From the NCBI GenBank assembly GCA_963744145.1, contig CAVUSO010000001.1, positions 2,240,001-2,304,000 on the forward strand: a stretch of DNA of 64,000 nucleotides. The letters run 5' to 3'. Below the pieces are notes generated by a model. The model made no database searches and was not told the origin of the DNA. It saw only the letters and a program-made list of their open reading frames with translations. Shown here one piece after another: positions 61,727 to 64,000 of the stretch; position 1 is the stretch's first letter, and each line of letters begins with the position of its first letter. The position numbers and the translations under genes are program-made. This DNA is from an uncultured cyanobacterium (GTDB lineage Bacteria > Cyanobacteriota > Cyanobacteriia > Cyanobacteriales > CAWUOF01).

Positions 61727-62472
61727 TAGTCGATTAACTCCCTAGTGCGATCGGTAATACAAGCTTCAAAGACTTGATCTATGCAGGTGTGTAGTTGTTC
61801 TAGAATATACCAGAGTGCTGAATCATCATCGGGGAGATCGATGTCTCGAACTAGCTCAATATCCAAAAGGATAGAAACTACATCTGGGCTAGGTGGTGGA
61901 ATAATTGCCTGATTGAGAATCAACTGGGATCTTAAATCCTCTTGGGGAATTTGTAATTGCATGAAGTAACCACTTAGACCTTGCGGTAAGTCAGATGAAA
62001 CTTCAGGTACTGTCCGTAGGTAGTCTTTGAAGTCTTCAAAAGGAAAAGGTAGATCGAGTCGGTTAATATATCGCAAAGCCAATCGAATAATGCGCTTTGG
62101 GTTGATAGTTGATTGATAAATCTTCCAGAGTCGCTGTGCTTCATCTCGGAATGTCTCCCATCGATCATAGGGAGCAAGTCTACTGAAGGTAAAACCATCC
62201 AATCGAGACTGAAAAATCTGCTTTTGATCACTGCTTGAGAAGATGTAGCCTACTTGATTTTGACTGATTGTACTCCCTAAACTAGCACCAACTACCATTT
62301 GACTCTGAAAAATCATGATTTCCTGACGGTTTGGGTAGTCTGTTTTAATATTTGAATGTATATCCAATATGGTGGCAAGTGTCACTTCTTCAGACAGTTC
62401 AGTCCGGAGGTCAATTATAGCTTCGGTGAGCGGTGCGTGTGAGTAGTGTTTCGATAATGGCATAGCAATCAT
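61726..62472 (-). CDS. TIGR04255 family protein
   Basis: HY..APLTEAIIDLR, DGFTFSRLAPY..WE.F, RLALRYINRL, FE.CITD..REL. Confidence 0.8.
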   Translation of the reverse strand: MIAMPLSKHYSHAPLTEAIIDLRTELSEEVTLATILDIHSNIKTDYPNRQEIMIFQSQMVVGASLGSTISQNQVGYIFSSSDQKQIFQSRLDGFTFSRLAPYDRWETFRDEAQRLWKIYQSTINPKRIIRLALRYINRLDLPFPFEDFKDYLRTVPEVSSDLPQGLSGYFMQLQIPQEDLRSQLILNQAIIPPPSPDVVSILLDIELVRDIDLPDDDSALWYILEQLHTCIDQVFEACITDRTRELID

Positions 62473-62530
62473 TATATTTCTAGTCCCATCATAAACCTGT
62501 TAACACCGCCAATATTAAATTCCTAAGTAT

Positions 62531-62679
62531 TCAGCCTGCTGCTTCACATCTAGCCAGAGCAGGATGAACTTCTGATGTACTCATGTCCAATCTTTGAGCG
62601 AGGGTACTGTAAGTCCACCTTGGCTGAAACGCCAACTGTGGACTTTGAGGATGGCAACGATATCTTGCGGTTTTAGTAT
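62531..62679 (-). pseudogene. Decayed winged-HTH gene (AbiEi-like antitoxin/regulator N-terminus)
   Basis: (ATA)LKPQDIVAILKVH, frameshift, WTYSTLAQRLDMSTSEVH.AL.RC..AG, stop. Confidence 0.6.
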
Positions 62680-62898
62680 CGGTCAGCAGCGATCGCTTTT
62701 ATTTTCCTTTATTCTACATTCGCGAATAGGGAATAATCAAAATATGGCTCTAATCCTTAAGAAAAACTAATTATTTCTCAGCTTATCTTGACTTATTGAT
62801 AAAAAACAGGTATTATCTCATTTAAGTAAGTGAAAGATTTACTTGGCTGACCCGATCGCCTTTTCAGATGGGGCTTTTCTCAAACAAGTTTCTTAGTC
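62668..62898. repeat. ~230-bp direct repeat, copy 2
   Basis: TTGACT-N17-TATTAT at 62788-62816; ATTCGCGAAT palindrome at 62718-62727. Confidence 0.85.
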
Positions 62899-63106
62899 AC
62901 TCTGGTTTCGATCACGGGGATGAGGGGGACTTATGTCTGTAGGATATCAGCAGAGAAATAATCTCAGTTTGGGACATCAGTAATGTTACTGATTCTGGCT
63001 GATTTGCATAATTTTCTGATTTTGGTCTGGTTAATGTTAATAGTCAAACACTAAACAAAAACTGGGGAAATTCAACTAGCGAGGTTATTTAAGAAAAAAA
63101 CAGAAA

Positions 63107-63257
63107 CAAAAAGAAGAAGCGATCGCCGATTTTCAGCAAGCAATTAAACTCTTTTATAAAGAATCAATGCTTAAGGAAATTCGTAGTCTTCAGAGAGAGA
63201 TTAAAACCCTAAAATCTGAAATTAAGAATACTCATTGGTGGCAGATACGACTCTGAT
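63107..63257 (+). pseudogene. TPR-protein C-terminal fragment
   Basis: QKEEAIADFQQAIKLF..; no intact 5' part. Confidence 0.4.
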
Positions 63258-63455
63258 AGAGTATGATTAAATTCATTATCTTCGCGTCTGTAAGCTTTTT
63301 GGCTGCACCCTTGATGGTTTGTTTGATTTTTTCGGTTAAGATTTGCTATATTGCTATAGAATGAGGGAGTTTAGTTTAACGATTCACCCCATTGGTTGAG
63401 GAGTTGCCTGATCAACTAAATGGAATTTTACTTATTTTACAGGATCATAAAAATC

Positions 63456-64000
63456 ATGAGATTAACAAAAGAACAAAAAGAACTTTTTGATTTATTGTAT
63501 GAAGATCGCCAAGAAACTGCAAAAGTTTTAGAAAAGCAATCAATGAGAGGAGTAAAGATCAGTGCCACCGAGAAATATTCAGAACAGGCTCATTTTATCT
63601 ATGAATTATTACAAAATGCCGATGACGTAAAAGCTACAAATGCAAAATTTATCTTAGAAGAAAATAGATTAATCTATATACATAATGGTTCAATTGGTTT
63701 TACGATTAGTGACGTAAGAACGGAGAAACAAGATACCGATAATCATTGTTTAGGTCATATAAATTCAATCACATCTATTGGTAATTCAAATAAATATGGC
63801 GCTCAAATAGGTAAATTTGGTGTTGGGTTTAAAGCCATTTTTCAATATACAGAAACTCCTCATATATACGATGATGTGTTTTCATTTAAAATAGAGAAAT
63901 TTATAGTACCTATATTACTTAATCAAGACTTTCAAGACAGAAATAAAGGAGAAACTGTATTTTACTTTCCTTTTGATAAATTAGAAAAAAAGCCAGATGA
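63456..64000 (+). CDS. Sacsin-like GHKL ATPase, N-terminus (runs off the window; absent from the ORF track)
   Basis: MRLTKEQ..EKYSEQAHFIYELLQNADD..HNG..SITSIGNS.K...IGKFGVGFKAIFQYTETPHIY. Confidence 0.85.
   Translation, partial: MRLTKEQKELFDLLYEDRQETAKVLEKQSMRGVKISATEKYSEQAHFIYELLQNADDVKATNAKFILEENRLIYIHNGSIGFTISDVRTEKQDTDNHCLGHINSITSIGNSNKYGAQIGKFGVGFKAIFQYTETPHIYDDVFSFKIEKFIVPILLNQDFQDRNKGETVFYFPFDKLEKKPD

Overview
Cyanobacterial chromosomal window, judged from abundant HIP1 GCGATCGC octamers and petH/prk/ftrC/psb34/psb35. All family calls come from motif recognition and recall; no database search was run. Housekeeping genes are interleaved with several accessory blocks: (i) an RcaD-like gene followed by two paralogous P-loop ATPases; (ii) a Wsp-type chemosensory operon whose output is a REC-adenylate/guanylate cyclase and whose cheB has an in-frame nonsense codon; (iii) an RTX surface protein next to a TIGR03032-TPR-glycosyltransferase gene; (iv) an aromatic-carotenoid (cruE/cruH-like) cluster; (v) a defence-island-like right end with a CrfC/YjdA-like dynamin GTPase, a YjcZ-like gene translationally coupled to a patatin phospholipase, TIGR04255 and a sacsin-like GHKL ATPase, bracketed by a ~230-bp duplicated bidirectional promoter. 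Non-coding DNA is rich in small mobile elements. These include two ORF-less IS200/IS605-superfamily derivatives carrying apparent guide-RNA scaffolds (a TnpB-type element with IS608-like end logic, and a HEARO/IscB omegaRNA-type element inserted exactly into a HIP1 site of a ggt gene), MITEs with 8-bp target duplications, GTAG-type REP hairpins, and a 24-nt element nested four-deep in itself. Many accessory genes are eroded by internal deletions. No rRNA, tRNA or CRISPR array was seen.
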